DNA of 64,000 bases from Prorocentrum cordatum (taxonomy: Eukaryota): the NCBI GenBank assembly GCA_963575745.1, contig CAUYUJ010000297.1, positions 1-64,000 of the forward strand, written 5' to 3'. The notes under the pieces were generated by a model that saw nothing but the letters and a program-made list of their open reading frames with translations, made no database searches and was not told the DNA's origin. The position numbers were made by a program, and so were the translations under genes. Positions 23,944 through 37,399 of this stretch are shown piece by piece. Position 1 is the first letter of the stretch. Every line of letters begins with the position of its first letter.

Positions 23944-25094
23944 GATGATGATGATGATGCAGGTGCTGAAACTGATGCTGCTGCGGATTATGCTGCTGAT
24001 GATGAATGATGATCATGATGATGGTAGTGGTGATGGTGATGATGACAACAATGATGTTGATGCTGATGCTGATTATGATGATGCTGATGATGAAGATGAT
24101 GATGGTTACGACGACGACGTTGATGATGATGTATCAGCTGCTGCTGATGATGCTGATGATGCAGATGATGGTCGACGATGCTGCTGCTGATGATGATGGT
24201 GGTGGTGGTGGCGATGATGATGTTGATGCTGATGCTGATGATGATGACGACGACTACGGTGATGATGCTGCAGCTGATGATATTAATGAGGATAATGCTG
24301 GTGATGATGACGATGACGATGATGATGACGACGATGATACTGATGATGATCTGATGATGATGACCATGATGATGTTGATGGTCATATTGTTGATGCTGCT
24401 GCTGATGATAATGATAATGATGGTGATGCTGCTGCTGATGATGATGTTGCTGATTTCGATTATGGTGCTGCTGCTGTTGCTGATGATGATGGTATGATAA
24501 ATGTGGTGACTACGATGACTATGATGATGGTGGTGATGATGATGATGTTGATGATGCTGATGCTGCTGTTGCTGATTATGATGAGGATGCTGATAATCAT
24601 GATGATGCTGATGCTGATGATGCTGTTGCTGCTGATGATGATTGTGATGCTGCTGATGCTGATGCAGATGATGATGCTGATGCTGCTGATGATGATGATG
24701 CAGTTGATTATGATAATGACTATGCTGCTGATGATGATGATGCTGCTACTTCTGCGGTTGATGATGATGCTGAGGACGATGATGTTGCTGATGCTGATGC
24801 TGATGCTGATTATGATGAAGATGATGATGCTGATGATGCTGCTGATGATGCTGATGATGATGCTGATGATGAGGATGCTGATGATGCTGATTGTGATGAT
24901 GATGACGATGCTGCTGATGGTGATGCTGGTGATGATGTTGATGCTGATGCTGCTGATGATGACGATGACGATGATGCTGCTGATGATGATGACGATTATA
25001 ATGATCTTGTTGTTGATGATGGTAATGCTGATGATAATGATGATGCCGACGACCACGACGATGATGAGGATGATGATGATGATGGTGATGATGC

Positions 25095-25132
<38 letters not shown>

Positions 25133-25154
25133 CTGCTGATGATGATGATGATGC

Positions 25155-25199
<45 letters not shown>

Positions 25200-25820
25200 C
25201 GACGATGATGACGACTATGATGATGCTTGGGAGAATCTGATGATGAGGATGAGGATGATGAGGAGGAGGATGAGGAGGAGGAGGAGGAAGAGAAGGGGGA
25301 GGTGGAGGAGGAGAGGGAGGAGGGGGAAGTAGGAGGAGGAGGAGGAGGAGGGGAGGAGGAGGAGGAGAGGAGGCGGAGGAGGAGGAGTAGGAGGAGGAGG
25401 AGGAGGAGGAGTTGAGGAGGGGGAGGAGGAGAGGAGGAGGAGGAGGAGGAGGAGGAGGAGGAGGAGGAGGAGGAGGAGGAGGAGGAGGAGGAGGAGGAGG
25501 AGGAGGAGGAGGAGGAGGAGGGGAGGGGAGGAGGAGAGGGGAGGAGGCGGAGGGGGGGGAGGAGGAGGAGGAGGAGGGGAGGAGGAGGAGGAGGAGGAGG
25601 AGGAGGAGGAGGGTGAGGAGGAGGAGGAGGAGGAAGAGGAGGAAGAGAAGGAGGAGGATGAGGAGAAGGATGAGGAGGAGAGGAGGAGGAGAAGGAGGAG
25701 GGAGGAGGGCGGAGGAGAGGAGGAGGAGAAGGAGGACGAGAAGGAGGAGTAGGAAGAGGAGGAGGAGGGGGAGGAGGAGAAGGAGGAGGAGGAGGAGGAG
25801 GAGGAAGAGGAGGAGAAGGG
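23680..25820. repeat. (GAT/GCT)n field grading into (GAG)n
   Basis: Read directly. Confidence 0.97.
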
Positions 25821-28657
25821 CACCTCGCCGACGCGGTGGTCTGGAAGGCCATGGCCGAGGAGTACTCCCGGGCCGCCGCGCTCCTCGCCAGCCCGGGGCT
25901 GGCGCCTCTGACGCCCGAGACGGCCGCCGCGCTCCAGGAACTGCTCGAGCCGCGCGGCGCAGCTGCTGTCGAGCCCAAGCCGCGCGGCGGGCCCGCCGCC
26001 GCCTCGCCCCTCTCCCACCAGGAACTGCGGAGAGCGCTCAGACGGAGCCCGAGAGGGAGCGGGGCCGCCGTGGGGGGCGGCCGGCTCGCCGCTGGGGACC
26101 TGCCTGCGAGCGCAGCGGACGCGCTCGCCCTTTCCCGAGTGACGCCGCTCAGCAAGCCGGGCGGCGGGGTGCGCCCCATCGCCGCGCCGAACGTCCTCCG
26201 CCGCCTGGTGGGGAGGGCGCTGGTGACGCCGCGGAAGGGGGAGCTCGCGGCCGCGCTCGGCCGGCACCAGTTCGCCATCGGCACGAAGGCGGGCACCGAT
26301 CTGCTGGCGCACACTGTCCGGGCGCTGGCGGAGGCGAACCCGGACCTGGTCCTGGTGGCGCTGGGCGAGAAGAACGCCTACGGGACCGCTCGGCGGGGGG
26401 CTTGCCTAGACGAGCTGGAAGAGGCAGCGCCGGAGCTCCTCCCCTTCGCAGACCTCTTCTGCCGGCGCCGCTCCCAGTATTATTTCTGGGTCGCGGGCGG
26501 AGACTGCCACCGCCTGGGCTCGGCGGACGGCGTTGACCAGGGGGACCCGCTGGCGCCCCTCCTCTTCGCCTGCGGCCTCCGCTCCCCCCTCCGGGCACTC
26601 GAGAACGAGCTCAAAGCGAGGGCGGCCGCTCTTGGCTCGCGGGCAGACGACGTCCGCGTTCTGGCTTACTTGGACGACGTGATCGTCCTCGCGCCGCCCG
26701 CCCTGGCGAGCGAGGTCGAGGCGACTGCGGAGGCCACTCTGGGGCCCCTGGGGCTCGAACTGCAGCGGAGGAAGACGCAGGCCTGGTCTCCCCGCTCGCC
26801 CTGCCCGCCGGGGCTGGAAGCGCGCTGGCGCCCCGACGGCGCCACGCTGCTGGGCGTCCCGCTCGGGGGGCCGCTGCCGCTGGGCAACCTCCCGGACGAG
26901 GGCGACGGGCGCCGGCTGGACCTGGGCAGCAATGCCTACGCTGCGGCGCGCTGCGCCGAGACCGCCGAGAGAGCGGCGGCGCTGCTGGAGAAGCTGGCCC
27001 AACTCCTCACTCTGGCCTCGCCGCACCTCCCGGCGACCCAGGCGGCGGGGCTCCTCCTCCGGCACTGCGGCACGGGCAAGCTCACGCACCTGCTCCGGGC
27101 CAACCCGCCGGCCTGCTCCCGGGGCGCGGCCGCGGCCTACGACGACGCGCTCCTCCTGAGGCCTGCCGGGAGCTGACGCGGCTGGACCCACTGGCGCCCG
27201 AGCAGCGCGCGCGCTGCCGCCTGCCGCTCCGGCTGGGCGGCCGAGGCTTCCGCAGCCAGGAGGAGCTCGCGCCCGCCGCCTGGGCCGCCTCCTGGGCGCG
27301 GAGCCTGGCGGGCGTCCGAGAGCGCACGGGGCTGGCGGAGCTGGCCGACCTCGAGACCTCCGGCCTGCCCCTCGTTGCAGCCTGCCGGGAGGCGCTGACC
27401 AGGCTGCTGCAGGGCCCTGCGCCGGGGCCGCCGCGGGCCCCGTAGGAGGGGCCGCTGCCCCCCTGGTGGCAGCTCGCCCAAGAAACTCAGGAAAAAGTCC
27501 AGAGGAGACTCACGCACGGGCTGGATTCAAAAAACCACACAGCCTTGCTGAGCTCCCTGGGCGCTGAGGGACGGGCGCAGCTCTGCTCCTGCGGGGGGGC
27601 GCGCGCGGGGGCCTGGCAGCTGGCGAACGGCGGGCCAGGCCAGCGGCTGGGCGACGCGGACTACCGCGCGACCGCCAGGGCGCTCCTGGGCCAGGACTGC
27701 GCGCCCGCGGGCAGCCGCTGCTGCAACCGCTTGCGCACTGGCGACCGGGCGGGGCAGCCCTGCGGCGAGCCGCTCTGCCGCAAGGCACGGCGCGCCTTCC
27801 GCTGCGCTTGCGGAGGCGGCACCAAGGCGCAATGCGCGCAGCAGGGATGTCGAGGACGTGTGGGGCCGCATTCACCAGGAGTGCGGTTTCCGCGCGGCCC
27901 GACAGGTCCCGGTCCTGGCCTGGGACCGCTGGCGCTGGCGCTGCGCCTCGGCTGGCTGCCGCGCTCGCGAGCGGGCCGCGCGCGGCGGGCCGCCCTCTGG
28001 CTGGCGCTTCGCCGACGCGCCGCCGGGCGGACCTTGCGGCGCCTGCGGCGGGCCGCTGGAGGCCGAACGCCAGGAGGCGCTCCTGGACCTCGAGGCCCAG
28101 CGGGGCGACTGCCCCCGGATGCTGGCGGACGTCGCTGTCCGGTACAGCGTTCCGGGGGGCGCCCGCGCCCTGGCGGCGGCCGCGGACAGCGACGGCGCGG
28201 TGGCCGCCGAGGGCGAGGCGGACAAGCGCTGGCGCTACCCTGAGCGCCGGGCGCCTTGGGCGGTCCTGCCGCTCGCCCACGAGACGGCCGGGCGGCTGGG
28301 CAGGGCCGCCCTGCGCCACCTGCGCTGGCTCGCGCGGGACCGCGCGCAGGGCCTGGGCGACGGCCCCGAGGCCGAGGCGGCCGCGAGCGCGCTGGCGCGG
28401 CGCTGGGGAGCCGAACTGAGCGTGGCTCTCCACCGCGCCACCGCACGCCAGCTGCGGACCGCGCTGGGCGAAGAGCCGGCGCTCGCGGCCCGCGCCGCGC
28501 TGGCGGCGGAGCTTGCCGGCTAGCCGGCCGGGCGGCGCCGCCGGGCCGCCGCTGCGGCTGCCGGACATGGTCGTGGTCGGCTTCCGGGTGCTGAAGGCCG
28601 CGGAGGTGGTCAGAGCGTGCGTGGGCGGCACAGACCGTGTTCGCCGCTCGAGACGAA
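25821..28657 (+). mobile_element. Decayed 5'-truncated non-LTR retrotransposon, CRE-clade-like (RT + zinc finger + restriction-like endonuclease)
   Basis: KPGGGVRPIA, QFAIG, VAL(G)EKNAY, GVDQGDPLAPLLF, YLDD (26667-26678), LLGVP, LPLRLGGRG, decayed CCHC finger, LLD..ADVAV..EADKRWRY..PLAHETAGRLG. Frameshifts near 27156 and 27830, in-frame TAG at 27443, stop at 28523; the 3' UTR limit is approximate. Confidence 0.92.
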
Positions 28658-28746
28658 TGAGGGGGAGGAGGGGGATGAGAAGAGAGGCGGCGGCGGCGAA
28701 GGAGGATGAGTATGAGGATGAGGAGGATGTGGAGAAGAAGGGCGAG

Positions 28747-28749
28747 TAA

Positions 28750-28844
<95 letters not shown>

Positions 28845-28904
28845 AAAGTAGTAGTAGTTAGAAGTAGAAGCAGAAGTATAAGTAGAAGTAGAAGTAGACG
28901 TAGT
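28747..28904. repeat. (TAG)n/(GTAGAA)n microsatellite running into an assembly gap
   Basis: Read directly; 100 N at 28905-29004. Confidence 0.95.
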
Positions 28905-29004
28905 NNNNNNNNNNNNNNNNNNNNNNNNNNNNNNNNNNNNNNNNNNNNNNNNNNNNNNNNNNNNNNNNNNNNNNNNNNNNNNNNNNNNNNNNNNNNNNNN
29001 NNNN

Positions 29005-29307
29005 GAGGAGGAGGATGAGGAAAAGGAGGAGGAGGATGAGGAGGAGGAGGAGCAGGAGCAGCAACAGCAGGTTGAGGAGGAGAAGGAGGAGGGGGAGGAG
29101 GAGGAAGAAGAGGAGGAGGAGGAGGGCCAGGAGCAGCAGCAAGAGGAGGAGTAGGAAGAGGAGGAGAATGCGGAGGCGGAGGAAAGGGAGGATGGGCAAG
29201 AGGAGGAGGAGGTGGAGGAGGATGAGGGGGGGGGGAAGGAGGGGCGGATAACAGATGATGATGATGTTGATTGTGATGATGATGCTGATGATGATGATGC
29301 GGATGAC

Positions 29308-29353
<46 letters not shown>

Positions 29354-29653
29354 GTGACGATGATGATGGTGGTGATGATGACGATGACGATGATGATGCA
29401 GCTGGTGAATATGATGCTGATGATGACGACTATGATGATGGTGATGATGAGTATGCCGCTGATGATGATGCCGATGATGATGATTATACTGATGATGATG
29501 GTGAAGATGATGATGCTGATGATGGTGATGCTGATGCTGATGCTGGTGATGATGCTGCTGATGCTGCTGGTTGTGGTGATGATGATGCTGCTGATTCTGC
29601 TGCTACTGATGATGATGATGCTGATGCTGATGCTGATCATGATGAAGATGATG

Positions 29654-29705
<52 letters not shown>

Positions 29706-31553
29706 GGATGCTGATGCTGCTGATGATGAGGAGGATGAGAAGGATGAAGGAGGGAGGATGCGGAGAAGGATGCGGAGCAGAAGGGAGGAGGGAGGAAGCA
29801 CGGATGGACGTAGGGAGGGAGAGAGGAGGGGGATGACCGAGCAGGGATGGAGGGAGGAGGGATGAGGGATGAGGGATGATGGTGATGATGCTGATGATGA
29901 TGCTGCTGACGATGATGATGCTGTTGCTAAGGCTGCTGACGATGATGGTGATGCTGATTATGCTGATGCTGATGATGATGATGATGCTGTTGCAGCTCAC
30001 GATGCTGCTGATGGTAGTAGCTTATGCTGCTGCTGGTGACGATGCTGGTGGTGGTGGTGATGATGATGCTGATGCTGATGCTGATGCTGCTGCTGATGGT
30101 GTTGTTGGATGCTGATGATGTTGAGGCTGTTGCTGATGCTGATGCTGATGCTGCTGATGTTGATGCTGATTGTGATGCTGCTGCTGATGATGGTGATGAT
30201 GATGGTGATGAATATGCTGATGATGCTGCTGCCGCTGATGCTTATCATGATGGTGATGATGCTGATGCTGATCGTGCTGATGAAGATGATGATCCTTCTG
30301 ATGCTGATGCTGCTGCTGAAGATGATGATGCTGATGATGGTCAAGCTACTGGTGCTGCTGATATTGCTGCTGATGGTGATGATGCTGATGCTGCTGATGA
30401 TGACGACGATTATGCTGTCCATGATGTTGATGATGATGAGGATAATGCTGCTGATGATGCTGATGCTGATTATGATAGTCTTGATTATGACGATGGTGAT
30501 GATGATCGTGCGCATGCCCATGCTGAGTTGTTGATGGTGATGCTGATTATGTTGACGCTGCTGACGCTGATGGTGCTGATGATGATTATGTCGATGCTCA
30601 TGCTGACGCTGATGGTAATGATAATACTGCGGATGATGATAATGCTGTTGATGATCATGTTGACTTTGATGTTGATGCTGATAAGGATGATGCTGCTGAT
30701 GATGCTGATGATGATGACGCTGTTGATTCCTATGATGATGTTGCTGATTATGATGCTGATGATGATGTTGATGCTGACGCTGATGCTGATGCTGCTGATC
30801 ATGAGGATGACGATGAGCTGAGAATGAGGATGAGGATGGAGCTGATGATGATTATGATGATGATGGTGAGCTGAATCATGCTTACGATTATGACGATGAT
30901 GATGCCGATGATGATGCGGCTGATGATAAGGATAATGAGGCTGATGATGATGATATGCTGCTGCTGTTGATGATGATGCTGATGATGATGGTGATGGTGA
31001 TGAGGATGAGGATGAGGATGGTGACGCTGATGATGCCGATGATGATGGTACTGATAATGAGAACGATGATGAGGCGATGATGATGAGGATGATGAGGATG
31101 ATGATGACGATGCGGATGATGATGATGATGCTGATGATGATGATGATGCTGATGATGATGAGGATGATGCTGATGATGATGCTGATGAGGATGATGATGA
31201 TGAGGATGAGCATGAGGCGGATGAGGATGCGGATACGGATGATGATGATGATAATCATGATGACGAGGATGGTGATACTGATGCTGGTGGTGGTGATGAT
31301 GCGGATTATGATGCTGATGCTGATGATGTTGAGGAGGATGATGATGAGGATGATAATGAGGATGATGGGGATGACGATGCGGATTATGATGATGATGCTG
31401 CTGATGATGATGATGATGGTAATGATGCTGATGATGACGATGCTACCGATGATAATGACGCTGCTGATAATGATGATGACGAGGATGATGATGATGATGA
31501 CGATGATAATGATGCGGCTGATTATGATGCCGATGCTGATGATGATGATGCTC

Positions 31554-31601
<48 letters not shown>

Positions 31602-31635
31602 CTGCTGCTGATGATACTGATGATGATGATGATGC

Positions 31636-31685
<50 letters not shown>

Positions 31686-32036
31686 CTGATGATGATGATG
31701 ATGAGGAGGAGGAGGCGGTGGAGGAGGCGGAGGAGGAGGAGGAGGATGAGGAGGAGGAGGAGGAGGATGGGGGGGGAGGGGGATGGGGATAAGGATGCAT
31801 ATGAGGAGGAGGAGGATGAGGAAGAGGAGGACGATGATGATGAGGAGGACGACGATGCTCATGATGATGATGATGATGATGATGATGATGTTGATGCTGA
31901 TGATGAGAATGATGATGATGATGATGATGATGCTGATGATGATGCTGATGATGATGATGCTGTCGATGATGGTGATGATGCTGACGATGATGATGCTGCC
32001 GATGATGATGATGATGCTGATGATGATGACGATGAC

Positions 32037-32073
<37 letters not shown>

Positions 32074-32074
32074 C

Positions 32075-32110
<36 letters not shown>

Positions 32111-32222
32111 GGATGCCGATGATGATGATGCGGATGCTGATGCTGATGCTGATGGTGATGATGATGATGATGATGATTATGATGTTGTTGCTGATGATGC
32201 CGAGGATGCTGAGGATGATGAC

Positions 32223-32256
<34 letters not shown>

Positions 32257-32259
32257 CTT

Positions 32260-32299
<40 letters not shown>

Positions 32300-32671
32300 G
32301 GAGGAGGATGAGGAGGAGGAGGAGGAGGATGATGATGATGATGATGACGATGATGATGCTGATGCTGCTGATGATGATGATGATGATGTTGCTGATGCTG
32401 ATGCTGATACTGATGCTGATGATGACGATGCTGCATAGATGATATGATGATGATGATGCGATGCTGATGATGATGCTGTGACGATGATGAGATGCTGATG
32501 CTGATTCTGATGATGATGATGCTGATGATGATGATGATGATGATGAGTGAGGAGGAGGAGGAGGAAGGAGGAGGAGGAGGAGGGGGGTGAGGATGATGAT
32601 GAGGATAAGGATGAGGATGATGCTGAGGATATGATGATGATGATGATGATGTGATGATGATGATGATGAGG

Positions 32672-32705
<34 letters not shown>

Positions 32706-33441
32706 GGATGAGGATGAGGATGAGGATGAGATGAGGAGGAGGAGGATGAGGCTGGAGAGGAGGACGAGGCAAGAGGAGGAGGAGGAGGAGGAGGAGAGGA
32801 GGAGGAGGAGAACGGAGGAGGAGACGAGGACGAGGAGGGACGAGGATGAGGAGGAGGGGGAGGAGGAGGAGGAGGAGGCAGGAGGAGGAGGATGAGGAGG
32901 AGGAAAGAGGCGCGGGGAGGAGGAGGAGGCAGGAGGAGGAGGAGGAGGAGGAGGTGGAGGTGGATGTGGAGGTGGAGGTGGAGATGTTGTGGTGGTGGAT
33001 GGAGGAGGAGGAGGGAGGAGGAGGAGAGGAGGAGGAGGAGGAGGAGGGGGCGGAGGAGGAGGAGGAGGTGGTGGGGAGGTGGAAGTGGAGGTGGTGGTGG
33101 TTGGGGAGGAGGAGGAGGAGGAGGATGGAGATAGGCGGAGGATGAGGAGGAGGAGGAGGAGGAGGAGGAGGAGGAGGAGGAGGAGGAGGAGTTAATAATA
33201 ATGAGTAATAAGAATAATAATACTAATCAAGAAAATATGAAAACAAAGAGGAGGCGGAGGAGGCGGAGGAGTGAGGAGGAGGAGGAGGAGTAGGAGGAGG
33301 AGAGGAGGAGGAGGAGGAGGAGAGGTAGCGGAGGAGGAGGTGGAGGAAATGGAGGATGAGGAGGAGGAGGAGGAGGAGGAGCAGGAGGAAGAGGAGGTGG
33401 AGGTGGAGGAGGAGGAGGAGGAGGAGGAGGAGGAGGAGGAG
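29005..33441. repeat. Large imperfect (GAT/GCT/GGT)n and (GAG)n field
   Basis: Read directly. Confidence 0.97.
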
Positions 33442-33693
33442 TGTTTTCATGACATCAACCTTTAAAAATACCCCACCTAGATGGGGCAAACAGGAAACGG
33501 TGGGACTTATACTCCACTCTTCTGTGGGTGAGACTTCTACCGATCCGTCTTCAGTTCTCTCTCTTGAAAGGCTCAGCGTGTGGCATGCATGCGGTTGGAA
33601 GCTTAACGAGACGCCCACCTGACGTGAAACAATCACACCGCTGACATATGCATACGAGAGGCTCGTCACTGCAATCCAGCACGACACAGCGAT
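33442..33693. mobile_element. ~230-250-bp dispersed repeat embedded in (GAG)n, copy 1
   Basis: Colinear with 36721-36948: TAGATGGGGCAAACAG, CACCTGACGTGAAACAAT, CCGCTGACATATGCATA, CTCGTCACTGCAATCCAGCAC. Confidence 0.85.
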
Positions 33694-34030
33694 GGAGGAT
33701 TAGGTGGAGGGCGGAGGAGGGAAGATTCTGGGATTCTGGGTAAGGCGCACCACGAGTCCCGCGCAGAAATGTCATCATATCCTCACCTCCCTCTTGTTCC
33801 TTCTCATCCTTCTCCCTCTTCCTTCTCGTCCTCCTTCTCGCCTCCTTCCTCCTTCCTCTCCCTCCCCTTCCTTCTCCTCGCCAATCCTCCTCCTCCGCCT
33901 CCTCCCTTTTCCTGCTCATCCACTTCGCCCATCCTCGCCCCCCCACCCTCCCATTTCCTCCCTGGCCCTCGCTTGCTATTCTGTCTTGCTCAGACAGTGT
34001 GGCCTGTGCCTGTGCCTTGTCAATGAACTC

Positions 34031-35125
34031 TTGACGCTTCGCGTATCCCCGCCATTGTTGCAGCCTCTGTACAGCCTGTGTCTCGCGCATCGTCGCGTCC
34101 ACCCTTGGGCCTATCCGCCGCAGGCGCCAGACTCGATGCGTTTGGTGCCGTTGGCCCCCCCCAGCTGAGCGGAGGATTCTGAGGGCTGTGCGCTGAGTGG
34201 TTCAGCCTTCCGCGCTCGCTTGGCCTCTTGTTTTCCACCGCGGGCAGCCCGGCTTCCCGGGTACTTGTTTCCCAGCCAGCCGGGCCGGCGGCTTGGAGTT
34301 TGGCGCCGCACCGGCGACTCACTCCGCTGCACTCGCACCCGCTGCCGCTTGTTCACTTTGGTTTACATTGCGGCGCCTATGTGCGTCTGCTGGTGAATTT
34401 GGATCATTTTGTTCTGTGCATGTGCAACTGCGCGCTTGTTGTGCAGGTGCGAACCGGCTTGCCAACGTGGCGGTTGTGTTCGCAAATTCGCATCGTGCCG
34501 CCTGCCCCGGACTTTACCCCTCGCCTCCAGACCGTTGTCGCGCGGCCGCAGACCAAACAAGTATCCCCGCCATCCAGCTGCCCCTCCGGCGGTAGGTTCT
34601 GATCCCTCGCTCGGTCGCTGTGTAGTTAGGCTCGCGCGTAGCCCGCTCGACCTTCGACGCCCCATGCGCTGTCGCAGGCGGCCGCGACCAAAAAGTATCC
34701 CCGCCATCCTGTACAAAAAGAGTTACTGCCGTTTGCAGTTCTATCTGTGACGAGGTTGCCCCTCTTCATTCTTGCGCTGACACGATGTTTCGACATTTGT
34801 GTTCGTCCACTTCACGGATGTCATCTGGGGGTGCTTGTCGGTTTCGTTCGTCTCTGACGTTGCCGTCTGACTGACTCACACCTGATCGACCTCTACGTTA
34901 TTTTGGTCGCGCCGCCGCGCCATTTTGGCTGCGTCCACTCGCTGGTAGCCACCGGGATTTTCGGACGCCACCAGGAATGGGTTACCGGTTCTTTTCGCCC
35001 TTCTGAGCTGCCGCCCGTTTGCTGCGCCTGTCTTGCTTTTCCGCTTTCTAGTCGTGGCCCGGCTAGAGTTTGGACGCCTTTTGACCCGCTTCACGAGGCC
35101 GTTGACCAAAATGTATCCCCGCCAT
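34031..35125 (+). mobile_element. Modular dispersed repeat punctuated by GTATCCCCGCC, locus 1
   Basis: Motif at 34043, 34561, 34695, 35113; segment ~34055-34560 is colinear with ~42345-42844. Confidence 0.8.
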
Positions 35126-36720
35126 TCCATTTAGAAACGATCGATCGGCGAGTTGCCTTGGCCAGGGAAGTGCAAAAGCGTCTAGTGGAACAGACACGTG
35201 AATCAGTCGCCAAGCCCGAGCTCGGAGTCAGCCTGAGCATACCCGGTAGTGGAATTGCTGAGCCTCCGGTCGAAAGAGGAAGAATGGGCGAAGAAGGAGG
35301 AGGAGGAGGAAAATGCGGACGAATAAGCGGAGACGGATGAGGGGAGGAGGGAGGAGGATGAAGAGGGCAGTGAGGAGGAGGAGGAGGAGGAGGAGGAGGA
35401 GGAGGAGGAGGAGGAGGAGGAGGAGGAGGAGGAGGAGGAGGAGGAGGAGGAGGAGGAGGAGGAGGAGGAGGGGGAGGAGGAGGAGGATGAGGAGGATGAA
35501 GACGAGCAGGTGCAGGAACAGGAGGATGGACAAGGAAGGGGGGGACGATGACATTAAAGAGGAGGGGCAGGACGATGACGGCTGGAATCAACCATGAAGA
35601 CATTCGCAGGTCATTCGTTCTAAGAGCCTCTTTGAGCCATCTTGGAGCTATCTTGGAGCCCTCTTGGGGCCAATTTGGAAGCTTTCACGGGTGCCATCCT
35701 CATCAAAAGCCAATGCGAAGTGCTCGCAAAGGTCCTGCTCGCGATCCAGATCTTGCCACCACGTGCGCTCGGTTTTGTTTTTTGCCAGGGATTTGGGCGG
35801 GGGGGTGGGGGTGCTCATGGTTCCTGGTTGGCGGCCGGTCGAGTGGGGAGGGGGTATTTGTTGATAGGAGCAGTGGCAATCTCCTCGCCGAAGGGGAAGA
35901 AGGATATTGGAAGAGGAGGCGCCCTAAGCTACCCCCGCCAATATGGCTGGTGGGGTTAGTCGCGAACTGGCTGGCGCCGAGGTAAGACAAACAGTCTAAC
36001 TGTAAGAGCACAAGCCATTCCTTTTTGGATTGGGAGGAGGAGGAGCAGGAGGAGGAGGCGGAGGAGGAGGAGGAGGTTTAGAATGGGCGAGACGGAGGAG
36101 GATAGTGAATAGAAGAGCAGGAGCAGGCGCAGGAGGAAGATTGGAGAGGACATCGAGTCGCAGGGGAAAATCAGTGAGCGGTGGAGGAGGAGGAGGTGGA
36201 GGAGGAGGGCGAGACGGAGAACGAGTAGTGAATCGGGCTGCTGGTTGGACAAGGAAGCAGCAGACGGAGGATGATGATCGGGATGGTAATGAGTTGGAGG
36301 AGAAATGAAGTGGAAATAGGAATGACGGGGAGGACGGTGACGAGTGATGAAGATCGAGACGGAGTAGTCAGGATCGATGGGCAACGATGTGGAGGATCCC
36401 TCGTCCCCACTTTGCATAGGGTCTCTCGATCAGGATCGATCCATGACGGTTTCGGGGCGCGCGACGGGGCAGAATTGCCCGACCTTTTTCCGGGCCGCGT
36501 CTGGCCGTGGTGGAGAGCGAGGTGGACGAGCGAGAAAAGGAGGCTAGAAGGAGGAGGAGGATGAGGAGGAGGAGGGGGATTTTCTCGGCATCCACAGCCG
36601 CTGAATCACCTATAGGCGGCCCAGGCCGTTCGCGTCAACAGAAGCACCCCATCAGTTGGGATGGAGGCCTGCGCAGAGGAGGTGGATGATGATGATGATG
36701 AGGAGGAGGAGGAGGAGGAT

Positions 36721-36948
36721 TTTTTGGTATCAACGGCCAATGACTCCTCTTAGATGGGGCAAACAGAAAGGGTTCTTTGGATGGATACCTTTGCCGAACC
36801 GTCTCCAGTTCTCGCTCTTGTGAGGCTTAGCGAGATGCGTGCATGCCGTTGAAAGCTTAGCGAGACACTCACCTGACGTGAAACAATAAAACCGCTGACA
36901 TATGCATATAAAAGACTCGTCACTGCAATCCAGCACAACACAACAATG
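36721..36948. mobile_element. ~230-bp dispersed repeat embedded in (GAG)n, copy 2
   Basis: Colinear with 33442-33693. Confidence 0.85.
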
Positions 36949-37021
36949 AAGGAGGAGGAGAAGGAGGAAGATGAGGACGAGGATGAGGAGGCAGAGGAGG
37001 ATGAGGGTTAGGATAAGGATG

Positions 37022-37093
<72 letters not shown>

Positions 37094-37121
37094 CTGATGA
37101 TGATGATGATGATGATTATGC

Positions 37122-37184
<63 letters not shown>

Positions 37185-37306
37185 GATGATGAGGAGGAGG
37201 AGGAGGAGGAGGAGGAGGAGGAGGAGGATGAGGATGAGGATGAAAATGAGGATGATAATGAGGAGGAGGAGGAGGAATTGGAGGAGGACCCCCCCCTGCG
37301 CGAGAG

Positions 37307-37382
37307 GGGGGGGCTGCTGCTGGAGCTCTGGGCGGAGAACGCACGGCGCGCGGCACCTGCCTTCGAGGGCTGGCTGCGGCAG
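37307..37382 (+). CDS. Putative exon C (GGLLLELWAENARRAAPAFEGWLRQ)
   Basis: Protein-like GC island inside microsatellite; GAG|G acceptor phase 2, CAG|GC donor phase 0. Confidence 0.55.
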
Positions 37383-37399
37383 GCCGCCGCCATCGAGCC

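Noticed and set aside
34919..34930. GCCATTTTGGCT, partial match to the dinoflagellate spliced leader
   Set aside because: Only 12 nt, lacks the terminal CAAG, and lies inside a repeat.
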